Of a DNA stretch of 64,000 nt, positions 38,498-47,669 are shown one piece after another. Within the stretch, counting starts at the first letter, position 1. Each line of letters begins with the position of its first letter. This DNA is from Parachlamydiales bacterium (GTDB lineage: Bacteria; Chlamydiota; Chlamydiia; Chlamydiales; Rhabdochlamydiaceae): assembly GCA_963705295.1 (NCBI GenBank), contig OY970065.1:1664001-1728000 (forward strand), given 5' to 3'. Under the pieces are notes generated by a model. That model saw only the letters and a program-made list of their open reading frames with translations, ran no database searches and was not told the DNA's origin. A program made the translations under genes and the position numbers.

Positions 38498-39947
38498 GTT
38501 TTTGGAGAAAATCGAGGAGAAGCCGAATCCCCACTCCAGTTGCGGGAGTTAAATGGTAGTGGCGCGGAGCTCCCAGATAAGCCGTACCCCCAATATCCAA
38601 ATGGGCCCATGGAATCTTTCCAATGAATTCTTGGATAAAAATAGCTCCCCTTATAGGAGAAGCTTTTCGATCAGGCCCTGAATTTTTAATATCGGCGATA
38701 TGCGACTTGAGTCCCTCCTTGTAATCGGAATAGAGAGGAAGCCGGCATAGCCTTTCATGCGTTTGAATACCCGAACTGATCAGAGAAGTAGCTAGATCGT
38801 CATCATTAGAAAAAAGGCCCGTCGTATCTTCACCCAGCGCGACGACGACTCCTCCCGTGAGGGTTGCGATATCGATGATCCGGCTCGGTTTGTATTTGTC
38901 CTGGACATAACTGACCGCATCGGCCAAAACCAGTCTTCCTTCCGCATCGGTGTCCCAGATTTCAACGGTCTTACCGCTGTAACTTTTATACACATCGCCA
39001 GGCTTATAACTCTTCGATCCAATGGCATTTTCAGTACAAGGAATGGCGCCGATGAGATTGACTTTAAGACCCAAAGCCGCGGCAGCTTTAATGGTTCCCA
39101 TGACAGCGGCTCCGCCCGACATGTCGTCTTTCATCGTCTCCATCCCACCTTTTGGCTTAAGAATAAGCCCTCCTGTGTCATACGTAATTCCCTTTCCAAC
39201 CAGCGCTGTCACATCGGAAGATCGGGGATTTCCTCGGTATTCGAGAATAATAAATGTAGGCCCCTGCATCGAAGCGCGAGCTACAGCAAGAAGAAGTCCC
39301 ATTCCGACTTTTTCGAGAGCTTTTTTATCCAAGACCGTTGTTTTAATCGTCTTGGAAGCCAACCCTTGTGCTGTCTTTGCCAAAAATTGAGGAGTGATAT
39401 CATCGGCATTTCCGTTGATGAGATCGCGCGCGAAATTCACAGCAGAGATGATCGTCTCCGCCTTTCGACACTCTTTGATATCGGTATCAATGAAACAAAT
39501 CTTCTGTACGAGAATATCTTTTTCCGATTTCAGCTTATCAAAGGTGTAGTTGGCAAGAAAAAGCCCCTCAGCCGCTGCATAGGCGACTTCAAAGTCTGTC
39601 TCAGGAAGAGCAACAGAAATACTTCTTAGCCTTTTTTGCAAACAACTTTTTAACGCAGCTCCATACCCTCTTCGAATCGTCTCGAGAGTGCATTGTTTTT
39701 CGCTCCCTAGTCCCACGAGAAGGATCCTATTTTCTTTCCGATCCTTCTTATAGAGAAAGAGGGTTTCCCCTTCTTTCCCTTTGAAATCACCTTCTTCAAT
39801 GGGAACTCTGAAAAGAGACCGAAACTCCGACATACCCCCTGTCATTCTACTGGCGGGAAGCGCATGTGCCCCTTCATTCCAGAAAGGTAAAATCAAAGCA
39901 TCCGAAGGCGGCCTATCGGAAAAAGTCTTGCAACTCTCTAATTTCAG
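38484..39947 (-). CDS. pepA: Leucyl aminopeptidase (M17); probable CTG start at 39947
   Basis: GKGITYDTGG, MKDDMSG, DTDAEGRL, WAHLDI; the frame extends 17 codons above the TTG at 39896 to a CTG overlapping the ssb stop. Confidence 0.93.
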   Translation of the reverse strand: MKLESCKTFSDRPPSDALILPFWNEGAHALPASRMTGGMSEFRSLFRVPIEEGDFKGKEGETLFLYKKDRKENRILLVGLGSEKQCTLETIRRGYGAALKSCLQKRLRSISVALPETDFEVAYAAAEGLFLANYTFDKLKSEKDILVQKICFIDTDIKECRKAETIISAVNFARDLINGNADDITPQFLAKTAQGLASKTIKTTVLDKKALEKVGMGLLLAVARASMQGPTFIILEYRGNPRSSDVTALVGKGITYDTGGLILKPKGGMETMKDDMSGGAAVMGTIKAAAALGLKVNLIGAIPCTENAIGSKSYKPGDVYKSYSGKTVEIWDTDAEGRLVLADAVSYVQDKYKPSRIIDIATLTGGVVVALGEDTTGLFSNDDDLATSLISSGIQTHERLCRLPLYSDYKEGLKSHIADIKNSGPDRKASPIRGAIFIQEFIGKIPWAHLDIGGTAYLGAPRHYHLTPATGVGIRLLLDFLQKHEKI

Positions 39948-40414
39948 AAAGGAACCTCGTCATCTGAAAAAGTTTGCTTTCCTTGACCAAAAGCAGACCC
40001 ACTCTGGTCTCCTGGATGGCCACCGGCATGGGCAAAGCTCTCCGCGTTCTGCTGCGGCTGTTGAGTCTCTTGAGAAGATTCTGAACTGTTACCACTATCA
40101 GGACGTCCGAACGGACTAAACGAGATCTGAAAGGCTGTCAGACTCATCGAAACCTGGGGTTTCCCTTCCCTGTCTGTGAAAATTTCAGGTTTATTGAGAT
40201 CACCCATGACCATGATCGGACTTCCCTTCTTAAAATAAGGAATAATCTTGTCAAATTGCTCTCCCCAGATCGTCACCCTCCACCAAATCGTCTCATCTTT
40301 TCCCGACCTTCTGCTCCGCGCAGCGACTCGCAGTGTCGTCACCTTTTGCCCTGACGATGTGAAACGAACTTCAGGATCAGCACCTAAATGTCCAGCTATC
40401 CAAGCATTGTTCAT
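39944..40414 (-). CDS. ssb: Single-stranded DNA-binding protein
   Basis: GHLGADPEVR; OB fold; acidic tail DDEVPF. Confidence 0.96.
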   Translation of the reverse strand: MNNAWIAGHLGADPEVRFTSSGQKVTTLRVAARSRRSGKDETIWWRVTIWGEQFDKIIPYFKKGSPIMVMGDLNKPEIFTDREGKPQVSMSLTAFQISFSPFGRPDSGNSSESSQETQQPQQNAESFAHAGGHPGDQSGSAFGQGKQTFSDDEVPF

Positions 40415-40498
40415 AGTTTTCCTCCAACTTTCCTCTAGCATAGCGAATTCCGATTAAAAGTTGATCTAAATAAACACGTGCTGTAAGACGAACATATT

Positions 40499-41662
40499 AT
40501 GGGCGAAAAGTTCTCGGATCTTCGAGGGACAGACGAGAAAGACCTTCCACCCCTCACGCATTTCCATCCCCTCGATGAAGCGTCCGATTTTCACGATCCG
40601 TACTCGGACCTCAATCTCTTCCTAACCCGCCAGATCAAAGAAGAATTTAAAGAGACAGGAGTAAAAAAATGGTCGATCTATCTGCAGGAAAAACTGATTA
40701 CCAAAATCGGCCCTGAATTCCGAAAAAAATTTCCCCATTACCGCCTCGGAGTCGCCGCGCTAAAAAAAGTCTGGGAAAAAATCGCCTATTATTCTCAAAC
40801 CTTCGAAAGTCAAAAAGAAGCGTTAACACCCGATGGTCACCTGGATTTACATTTTCTCATCCGAGAAAATCTCAAACAATTTTTCAAAAACAAAAAAAAA
40901 TTCCCGTTCCATCCCTACTTACTCGCCCAACAAGTTGCCCTCAAAATCAGCGAATGTCTTGCCGCCTACGACGGAATCCGCCCCATGCTCCAACATATGA
41001 CAAAACTCATCTGGGCCGTAGAAAGACACCTCATTCCGCCGCAACAAATCCCCGCCCTCGCCAATCCGTACGAAGAGTGCGACTCCCTCGATAAACTCAT
41101 CTTAAAATTCATGCTCGAAGCCCTCGGAAAAAATCCCCAGCTATCCCAGGAAGAACTCCAGAGACAAGTCAGACTTACCCTCCAATCTCTCGATGCGGTA
41201 GATGAAGAAACCATCCACATCCTCATCGACAACCCTCATCTCTCCCCCATCCAAGCTTTCGAAACCGCCTCCCTCTTCTTCAAAAAAGCCGCCGCCCTCG
41301 TCCAATCCTCCAACTGGGTCGAAATCGAACACAAAATCACCCTCTGGACGATCCAAGGCGACCTTGTCTACCGCCTCATTCGCATAGAGCGAAACCCCCT
41401 CCTCGACCTCATCACCTCCCACGAAAGCCGTGACATTACCCAACTCTATATTTCCCTCTATCCTTCCCTCACTCCCTTCGCTCCCTCCATCTCCTCCCGT
41501 GTCACCATCCTCACCCGGTATGCTTGGTACTCCCTCCTCTCCTCTCCGGAACAATCGACCTTCGATCGCTTCCTCGAATGGCATCAATCTCAAGGCCTCT
41601 CAACTTCCCAAATCGAAGACCTTTGCAAAAGCCAGCTCCCTCTACTTCCCTCTGGCTTCTAA
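40499..41662 (+). CDS. Hypothetical protein
   Basis: 387-aa ORF with core-like codon usage; no motif recognised. Confidence 0.6.
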   Translation: MGEKFSDLRGTDEKDLPPLTHFHPLDEASDFHDPYSDLNLFLTRQIKEEFKETGVKKWSIYLQEKLITKIGPEFRKKFPHYRLGVAALKKVWEKIAYYSQTFESQKEALTPDGHLDLHFLIRENLKQFFKNKKKFPFHPYLLAQQVALKISECLAAYDGIRPMLQHMTKLIWAVERHLIPPQQIPALANPYEECDSLDKLILKFMLEALGKNPQLSQEELQRQVRLTLQSLDAVDEETIHILIDNPHLSPIQAFETASLFFKKAAALVQSSNWVEIEHKITLWTIQGDLVYRLIRIERNPLLDLITSHESRDITQLYISLYPSLTPFAPSISSRVTILTRYAWYSLLSSPEQSTFDRFLEWHQSQGLSTSQIEDLCKSQLPLLPSGF

Positions 41663-41666
41663 AAAA

Positions 41667-41715
41667 TGGAGTTGCAAACTCCAAAAATTGTGTTAAAATG
41701 GAGTTTTCAACTCCA
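41667..41715 (+). promoter_or_regulatory. Promoter with tandem palindromic operators
   Basis: TGGAGTTgcaAACTCCA (41667-41683) and TGGAGTTttcAACTCCA (41699-41715) overlapping TTGCAA-N16-TAAAAT. Confidence 0.75.
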
Positions 41716-41728
41716 AAAATAGGAATTT

Positions 41729-42880
41729 ATGTATAAGCGACTGTTAGAGAGGCCCTTAAAGAGCAAACAAAGTTTCTTCCTTTTTGGTCCTCGAGGAACG
41801 GGGAAAACTTCTTGGGCACGAGAAAAAATTCCTCACGGATTTTATATCGACCTTCTTGAAACAAACGCATTCATAGAACTCTCTGCAAATCCCGGCAGAA
41901 TCGAAGATATAATCCCCGACCATTTCTCTGATTGGATCATCATTGACGAAGTCCAGAAAATTCCCCAGCTTCTAAATGAAGTGCACCGCTTGATAGAAAA
42001 AAAACATTATAAATTCATCCTGACAGGTTCAAGTGCAAGAAGTCTCAAGAAAAAAGGTGTGAATCTGTTGGCGGGCCGTGCCCTCTCTTTCAAAATGTTC
42101 CCACTCACAGCTATGGAATTGAAAAACGATTTTCACTTAAGAAATTCTCTCAAATTTGGACACCTACCCTACATTTATACAAAAGATAACGAACAGGCAA
42201 AAATCGATTATCTTGAGGCTTACACTCAAACCTATTTAAAAGAAGAAGTGATGCAAGAAGGACTCACGCGTAACATTGGAGCTTTTTCTCGTTTTCTCGA
42301 AACAGCGAGTTTTTCTCAAGGCTCCATCATCAATATGTCTGAAGTAGCACGAGAAACTTCCATCAATCGAAAAGTCATTGAGAGTTATTTTCAAATTCTC
42401 GAAGACCTCCTCTTAGCTCAAAGTATCCCCATCTTTACCAAAAGGGCAAAAAGAAAACTGATCGCCCACTCTAAATTCTTTTTCTTTGATGTCGGCGTCT
42501 TTCGGGCCATTCAACCTAAAGGTCCTTATGATACCGAAGAGGAAAATGATGGGGCTGCATTTGAAACACTCACCTACCAAGAACTTCAAGCCATCAATCA
42601 CTATTTTAACTTCCAATACAAAATCTATTTTTGGCGCACCGTTGACAAGGTTGAGGTCGACTTTGTTCTCTATGGCCCCAAAGGGATTATTGCCATCGAG
42701 GTCAAGAGAACAGCCTCCATCGATCCCAAAGACTTGAAAGGACTCAAATCTTTCGGTGAAGATTATCCTGAAGCCAAATTATTTCTCTTTTATGGTGGGA
42801 AAAGAAGAGAATATAAAGACAATATTCAAATCATTCCATTAGAAGAAGCCTTACCGCTCCTTCCTGAACTTCTCTCTTAG
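41729..42880 (+). CDS. AAA_14 ATPase + DUF4143 (wHTH / PD-(D/E)XK-like) protein
   Basis: GPRGTGKT, IDEVQK, LTGSS, LAGRA, FWRT..KVEVDFV...IEVK. Confidence 0.9.
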   Translation: MYKRLLERPLKSKQSFFLFGPRGTGKTSWAREKIPHGFYIDLLETNAFIELSANPGRIEDIIPDHFSDWIIIDEVQKIPQLLNEVHRLIEKKHYKFILTGSSARSLKKKGVNLLAGRALSFKMFPLTAMELKNDFHLRNSLKFGHLPYIYTKDNEQAKIDYLEAYTQTYLKEEVMQEGLTRNIGAFSRFLETASFSQGSIINMSEVARETSINRKVIESYFQILEDLLLAQSIPIFTKRAKRKLIAHSKFFFFDVGVFRAIQPKGPYDTEEENDGAAFETLTYQELQAINHYFNFQYKIYFWRTVDKVEVDFVLYGPKGIIAIEVKRTASIDPKDLKGLKSFGEDYPEAKLFLFYGGKRREYKDNIQIIPLEEALPLLPELLS

Positions 42881-43669
42881 CAAAAGCCATAATCCCCAAA
42901 TAATAAAGGGAATGCTGAGCAATTGACCCATCGTGAGGGGGAAGGGACTCTCGAGAAAAAGCCAGCTTTGTTCCTCTTTCAAGAATTCGATGAAGAAACG
43001 GAAGGTGAAGACAAGGACCAAGAAAAGGCCACAGGTTCTTCCTTCTTTCCACCGACCGCGAAGAAACCAAAGGAGGATAAAAACTCCTAGGTAGAAAAAT
43101 GCTTCGTAAAGCTGAACAGGATGACGTGGCACGGGAAAACTTCCATCGGCTGGATGACCGAACGTGACTGCCCAAGGTAGATCTGTTGGTTTTCCTAAGA
43201 TCTCTTGGTTGAAAAAATTACCGAGTCGTATGAAAAATCCAGCGAGACCCGCAACGAGAGCCAGCAAATCGAGAAGTCTGTACCACGAGCAAAATTTGTG
43301 TCTCTTTTGAAACAGAATTAAAGCAACAACAATCCCCAGCGCTCCCCCATGGCTGGCGAGTCCCCCTTCCCAGACTCTGAAAATCGAAAGCGGATCGTGA
43401 ACAATAACGTCTAAATTCTCATAGAAAATAACATCAAAAAGGCGGGCACCGATGACCGTTCCCATGATCACATAAAATGTCAAAGAATCGGCGATTTTTT
43501 TGGCTTCAACTTTCGATTTTTCTTGCCTGAGCAAATGAAGGACGATACCGTAGGCGCACAAGAATCCGAGCGCAAATAAAAACCCGTACCACAAGATGGG
43601 CCGGTTCAAAAGAGGAATGTTCCATGGAACAACGGCCCTCGAAGGATCCCAGTAGAAAAAGGCTATCAT
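42851..43669 (-). CDS. lgt: Prolipoprotein diacylglyceryl transferase
   Basis: WYG, GARL, WEGGLASHG, RLGNFFNQE, RHPVQLYE, RFFIEF. Confidence 0.97.
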   Translation of the reverse strand: MIAFFYWDPSRAVVPWNIPLLNRPILWYGFLFALGFLCAYGIVLHLLRQEKSKVEAKKIADSLTFYVIMGTVIGARLFDVIFYENLDVIVHDPLSIFRVWEGGLASHGGALGIVVALILFQKRHKFCSWYRLLDLLALVAGLAGFFIRLGNFFNQEILGKPTDLPWAVTFGHPADGSFPVPRHPVQLYEAFFYLGVFILLWFLRGRWKEGRTCGLFLVLVFTFRFFIEFLKEEQSWLFLESPFPLTMGQLLSIPFIIWGLWLLLREKFRKER

Positions 43670-44127
43670 GCTTTTTTAGGCGCCAACATTTCACGAAAAT
43701 AGAGCATCGCTCCATTCATGAGTGCCGAGCCGATCGCCACATCGACAAAACCTCGGACATCCAAGGGAATGGGCACGAATCGAAAGATCATTCCAATTCC
43801 AATCATAGCCGCAAGAACAATATAATATTTCCGATCGTACACCTCATGGATGCTCAACTGCTCAGCCACCCGAATCCGTGCACCAATCCTCTTCACTGTC
43901 TTGGCTAAAACCGTCCGACCTTTAATGAATCCAATCAAGAGGCCTAGGCAAATGAGCATCAGAGTCCCTTGTTGCTTCGACCCAGCAATCCGCGCCAGCC
44001 ACCCCACTAAAGCTCCTTGCTCTGTCGATGCCACAACAAAACGGAGTCCTTTCATCAGGAGCATCATCCCAATTCCGAGCCAACTAACACCTGATATAAT
44101 AAACCAAACACGCCGTGATAATTTCAT
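43666..44127 (-). CDS. Membrane protein (4 TM), coupled to lgt
   Basis: Hydrophobic segments; ATGA overlap with lgt. Confidence 0.7.
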   Translation of the reverse strand: MKLSRRVWFIISGVSWLGIGMMLLMKGLRFVVASTEQGALVGWLARIAGSKQQGTLMLICLGLLIGFIKGRTVLAKTVKRIGARIRVAEQLSIHEVYDRKYYIVLAAMIGIGMIFRFVPIPLDVRGFVDVAIGSALMNGAMLYFREMLAPKKA

Positions 44128-44146
44128 GAAATCATTTTACATTTTT

Positions 44147-44629
44147 TTAAAAACAAATTCCATAAGAAATAGAGACTCCGGGACAAAAACCAACCATTGT
44201 CAGCCCTCCATTCAATAAATCCTTGAAAGGCCAGTCGATTTGCGCTTGAACAAAACGTAGATTTCCCCTTTTCGTTGTAAATTCATTTCCAATGACAAAT
44301 TCAGGGGAGAAAAAAATGCCGCCAAATTTTTTATCGAACAATTCTGAGAAGGCAATTCCAATCCCTTCATAAAATTGTGACTTTGTGTTGGGATTAAAAT
44401 AATGGAGATAGACGAGGCTTTGCTTGGCAGCAAAATCATAAAACCATGCCAATTGTATGAGTGCATCCAATCCATGATGTCCATTTTGATACCTCCATCC
44501 CAAACCTACTTGCGGTGCAGGTATGGGTAGGGGTCCGATACCCACGTTGACATATCCATGAGACGACTTGACTTCTTCTGCAAAAACAGCGCCACAGGCT
44601 ATTAAACAAATAATTCCAAATTTTTTCAT
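44147..44629 (-). CDS. Small outer-membrane beta-barrel-like protein
   Basis: AGGAG RBS before MKKFGII; signal peptide; C-terminal SYGICF. Confidence 0.6.
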   Translation of the reverse strand: MKKFGIICLIACGAVFAEEVKSSHGYVNVGIGPLPIPAPQVGLGWRYQNGHHGLDALIQLAWFYDFAAKQSLVYLHYFNPNTKSQFYEGIGIAFSELFDKKFGGIFFSPEFVIGNEFTTKRGNLRFVQAQIDWPFKDLLNGGLTMVGFCPGVSISYGICF

Positions 44630-44762
44630 GAATATTCTCCTTAACGCCATTAATTAGATCAGAGAATTTCATTATTGAACAAGAATTAAAATAAACATTA
44701 AATAATAAATTTAAGTAACGCTCATTCATGAACTGGTAGATAAGAATGCTTTCCGTTGCTGA

Positions 44763-44955
44763 TTAACCCGACACGCAAAAAAGAGACAAGATGCGTAAGC
44801 GAACCCCTGTCAGATCGAAGCGTCAGCGGTCCGACCGACGAGGACCCCATCGATAGGTTAGGGCGATAGGCTAGGCCGAGGAGGAGGATCGATCTGCCCC
44901 TATCTGACAGGGGGGTGCAGCCAGCAGGTTGTCTCTTTGTTGCGTGTCGGGTTAA
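44763..44955. mobile_element. Non-autonomous palindromic element (MITE) with TTAA/TA ends
   Basis: TTAACCCGACACGCAA.AAAGAGACAA...CCCCTGTCAGAT paired with ATCTGACAGGGG...TTGTCTCTTT.TTGCGTGTCGGGTTAA; GC-rich in AT-rich context. Confidence 0.85.
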
Positions 44956-45484
44956 TATTTTCTGAAGTGTGATCGGATAAAATGAATTGAGCGGCAATGT
45001 GTCCCTGATCTGCTGCTTTTCGATACCACTTGATGGCTTCATTCGAATTTTGCTGCACTCCATACCCATTTGAATAACACTTTCCTAAGCGATATTGGGC
45101 TTCAGCAACTCCTTGATCTGCTGCTTTTCGATACCAAATAAATGCTTCAATATTATCTTGAACAACACCTCGACCAAAATGGTAACAATATCCTAGGTTG
45201 GATTGAGCAAGAGCAAACCCCTGATCTGCAGCTGCTCTGAAATAGTTAAAAGCCGTGGCTTCACTTTTTGTTACTCCGTATCCATTAAAGTAACATTCTC
45301 CCAGCTTGAATTGCGCTGGAGCAAATCTTTGATCCGCGGCTTTTTTAAACCACTCAGCAGCCACTTTACGATCTATGGCTGTTCCAAGGCCTAAGCTATA
45401 GAACATTCCAATTCGATATTGCTGAGTTGAATGAGGTGCAATAGTCATATCTTCAATATCCTTCGTAACCTGTCCAGTTTCCAT
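44900..45484 (-). CDS. Sel1-repeat protein; C-terminus replaced by MITE sequence
   Basis: Four AQxxLG.CY..G.GV...A..W.RKAADQG repeats. Confidence 0.85.
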   Translation of the reverse strand: METGQVTKDIEDMTIAPHSTQQYRIGMFYSLGLGTAIDRKVAAEWFKKAADQRFAPAQFKLGECYFNGYGVTKSEATAFNYFRAAADQGFALAQSNLGYCYHFGRGVVQDNIEAFIWYRKAADQGVAEAQYRLGKCYSNGYGVQQNSNEAIKWYRKAADQGHIAAQFILSDHTSENINPTRNKETTCWLHPPVR

Positions 45485-45953
45485 ATTTTATAACAAAGTG
45501 ACCTGGTTGAGAGACCAGATTATCAATTTTTAAACATCTCTCGGCGTCTAATTCGTCCAGCGATGTCAAACGTCTAAAATATGCCAATCCGGCTTCTGTG
45601 ATTTTTGGAATGGAGCAAAGCATAATTCTTCTGATGCTAGCGCTCCGATTTTTGTCACAACTCTCAGCGATCACTTTGAGATCACTGTCTTGGAGATCAT
45701 AGCAATGTGAAAAATCTAAGCATTCACATTTAAAACAAGTTTGCAAAAACTCCTCAAGAACATGAGGAGTAAATGTTTTATTTTTAGCATATTGAAGCCT
45801 GATAGCTTTTACACTTTGTCCTAAAGAACTTGCTGCCTTAAAAATATCATCCGCACAGATATCGTTAGGGACACTGTAATTAGACGGGTGTATTGGCTCA
45901 TGTAGATCAATACAAATATTTAATGGAAATGGCAATAATGTAACCATGCTCAT
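45453..45953 (-). CDS. Leucine-rich-repeat (cysteine-containing, AMN1/FBXL-like) protein; possibly the N-half of a frameshifted LRR-Sel1 gene
   Basis: LDFSHCYDLQDSDL, ITEAGLAYFRRLTSLDELD..C..I. Confidence 0.65.
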   Translation of the reverse strand: MSMVTLLPFPLNICIDLHEPIHPSNYSVPNDICADDIFKAASSLGQSVKAIRLQYAKNKTFTPHVLEEFLQTCFKCECLDFSHCYDLQDSDLKVIAESCDKNRSASIRRIMLCSIPKITEAGLAYFRRLTSLDELDAERCLKIDNLVSQPGHFVIKYGNWTGYEGY

Positions 45954-45970
45954 AATAATTCTCCAAATGT

Positions 45971-46840
45971 TTATTCAAGATCGTAACCGATCTTAAAACC
46001 TTTTTTTTCTTTTTTAATATTTCGAATCGATACCGTTCCTATCTCTGAGGTATTCATGACATGCGTACCTCCGCAAGGATAAGCAGGCAGGTCGCCAAAC
46101 TGTATTGTTCGAGGAGTCTCTTCCCATCGATTTTTGAGTGGAAGACGTTCTTGAATCAATTTATTGACAAGATCACAGGCTCTTTCTTTCAGTTCTTGGA
46201 GATTCTCTGGAAGTTGCTCACCATCAAATAATACGAAGGCTTGTTTTGGAAAATGATTTCCATTACATCCGTCTACTTGAGGATAGAGTCGATGAACTGC
46301 ATTGGATAAAAGATGGCCTGCTGAATGATACCGAGCAAATAATTTGCGCGATTCCATATGAATGACTTGTAAAACGACCTGATCGACTCGGAGAACATTT
46401 TGATCAGAAACATAATAATGTTTGATGATATACGGATTCTCATAAGGATTGCGTGGTGCCGATAATTTACTGACGGTAAATTTAGTTCCATCGACCTCAA
46501 AATAGCCTTGATCGTCTGGCTGTCCTCCTCCTTGGGGATGAAATACCGTTTTATCGAAAACCACAAACCGACCCTTTTCGTCATCTCCTAAACTGAGAAT
46601 TCTTGCATCGAGTCGATCAAGATAAGTATCTCGATAGTAAACTCTTTCTGTTGATGGGATTGTTGGCGTCATAATTTTTTCTCCTATATTTATTTTTTTT
46701 GATTCAGATACAAAATGTCTTTGGGTGAAAAATAGGGCATTTACCTTCCTATTTGCCTGAGCCGCTTTGACCCTGTTCATTCTTGAAAAAGTCAAATTCA
46801 CCCGAAAGCTCCCGATACCCCTTTTTGCATGGATTGCCAT
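45971..46840 (-). CDS. Free-standing alanyl-tRNA editing protein (AlaX family); internal SD-led start at 46672
   Basis: TERVYYRD, DKTVFHPQGGGQPDD, HSAGH and CGGTH Zn motifs. Confidence 0.9.
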   Translation of the reverse strand: MAIHAKRGIGSFRVNLTFSRMNRVKAAQANRKVNALFFTQRHFVSESKKINIGEKIMTPTIPSTERVYYRDTYLDRLDARILSLGDDEKGRFVVFDKTVFHPQGGGQPDDQGYFEVDGTKFTVSKLSAPRNPYENPYIIKHYYVSDQNVLRVDQVVLQVIHMESRKLFARYHSAGHLLSNAVHRLYPQVDGCNGNHFPKQAFVLFDGEQLPENLQELKERACDLVNKLIQERLPLKNRWEETPRTIQFGDLPAYPCGGTHVMNTSEIGTVSIRNIKKEKKGFKIGYDLE

Positions 46841-46841
46841 C

Positions 46842-47669
46842 TTAACTCCAAAAATGCATGGGTTTGTTCTCTCCTTGATACAGAATAAACCCAGAAAGGG
46901 AAATACGTGTCTGAGCTTCCCCTACTTCAGATACAGCATGCACTTTACGCGGATTGAAAATGACAAGCTCTCCTGGTTTCGGTTGAATCGTTAGACCAGG
47001 GGGTGGAAGTAACGAACGGTCAATACCGTAACTTGAACCCCGTAATTTGTGATAGACTTTGTCCTCGAGGGAAATGTCCCAAAGTTGTAGGGCTCCTCCA
47101 GAAGGAGGTACGGCTAGATAACAATTGAAAGCTGCTTGTCCAACGTAATGAGTTTTTGACACAATCGATGGATCGTCTCTTTCTAGTTTATCTTCATGAG
47201 GAAGAATTTCTTTTCTTGTAGCACGGATTAATCCTACGAACATCGAACCTTCCCCTAAATTTAAAAGAGATGCCCCGTGATTCCACATGTCTTCAAGAGT
47301 CAAGCGGACTTTGTCTATCGGTGAGAGATAAGGTGAAAATATATCGCGAACTGCCCTTATAGAGGCCGAAACCTGATGGTAGTATGCGTTTTTTGAAGTA
47401 GGATCTTCTACCTCAAAATAAGCCATACCGATATCTTTGTATTTTCCCACTCCTGCTGCATTTGTATAATCAACAATTTCTTTTTCCCGCAATTTAGCAA
47501 GAGCGTGATCCAAAACGTTTGTGGAACAAAATTCTGGAACCCTTAATACAGAAATTTTTCCCTGAAAAAGATCATGGATATCTTCAATCCTTAAGGAATC
47601 AGATTGCCTACATACCCAGGGTTGTTGCATGACGGTTTTTGGGCTTTCGCATGTTCTTGTCGTTGTCAT
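46842..47669 (-). CDS. 2OG-Fe(II) dioxygenase
   Basis: HED...NCYL...GGALQLW...PKPGELVIFN..H.V...R.S facial triad and 2OG-binding RxS; GGAGG RBS. Confidence 0.85.
   Translation of the reverse strand: MTTTRTCESPKTVMQQPWVCRQSDSLRIEDIHDLFQGKISVLRVPEFCSTNVLDHALAKLREKEIVDYTNAAGVGKYKDIGMAYFEVEDPTSKNAYYHQVSASIRAVRDIFSPYLSPIDKVRLTLEDMWNHGASLLNLGEGSMFVGLIRATRKEILPHEDKLERDDPSIVSKTHYVGQAAFNCYLAVPPSGGALQLWDISLEDKVYHKLRGSSYGIDRSLLPPPGLTIQPKPGELVIFNPRKVHAVSEVGEAQTRISLSGFILYQGENKPMHFWS

Noticed and set aside
39913..40095. 60-aa ORF as a frameshifted pepA N-terminus
   Set aside because: Lies within ssb in another frame; the CTG start explains the pepA N-terminus without a frameshift
44800..44915. tRNA or known riboswitch in the GC-rich structured segment
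   Set aside because: No cloverleaf/TTCGA arm or recognisable aptamer; it is the core of the palindromic element
44722..45069. 115-aa ORF spanning the MITE
   Set aside because: Out-of-frame overlap with the Sel1 gene and no transposase motifs
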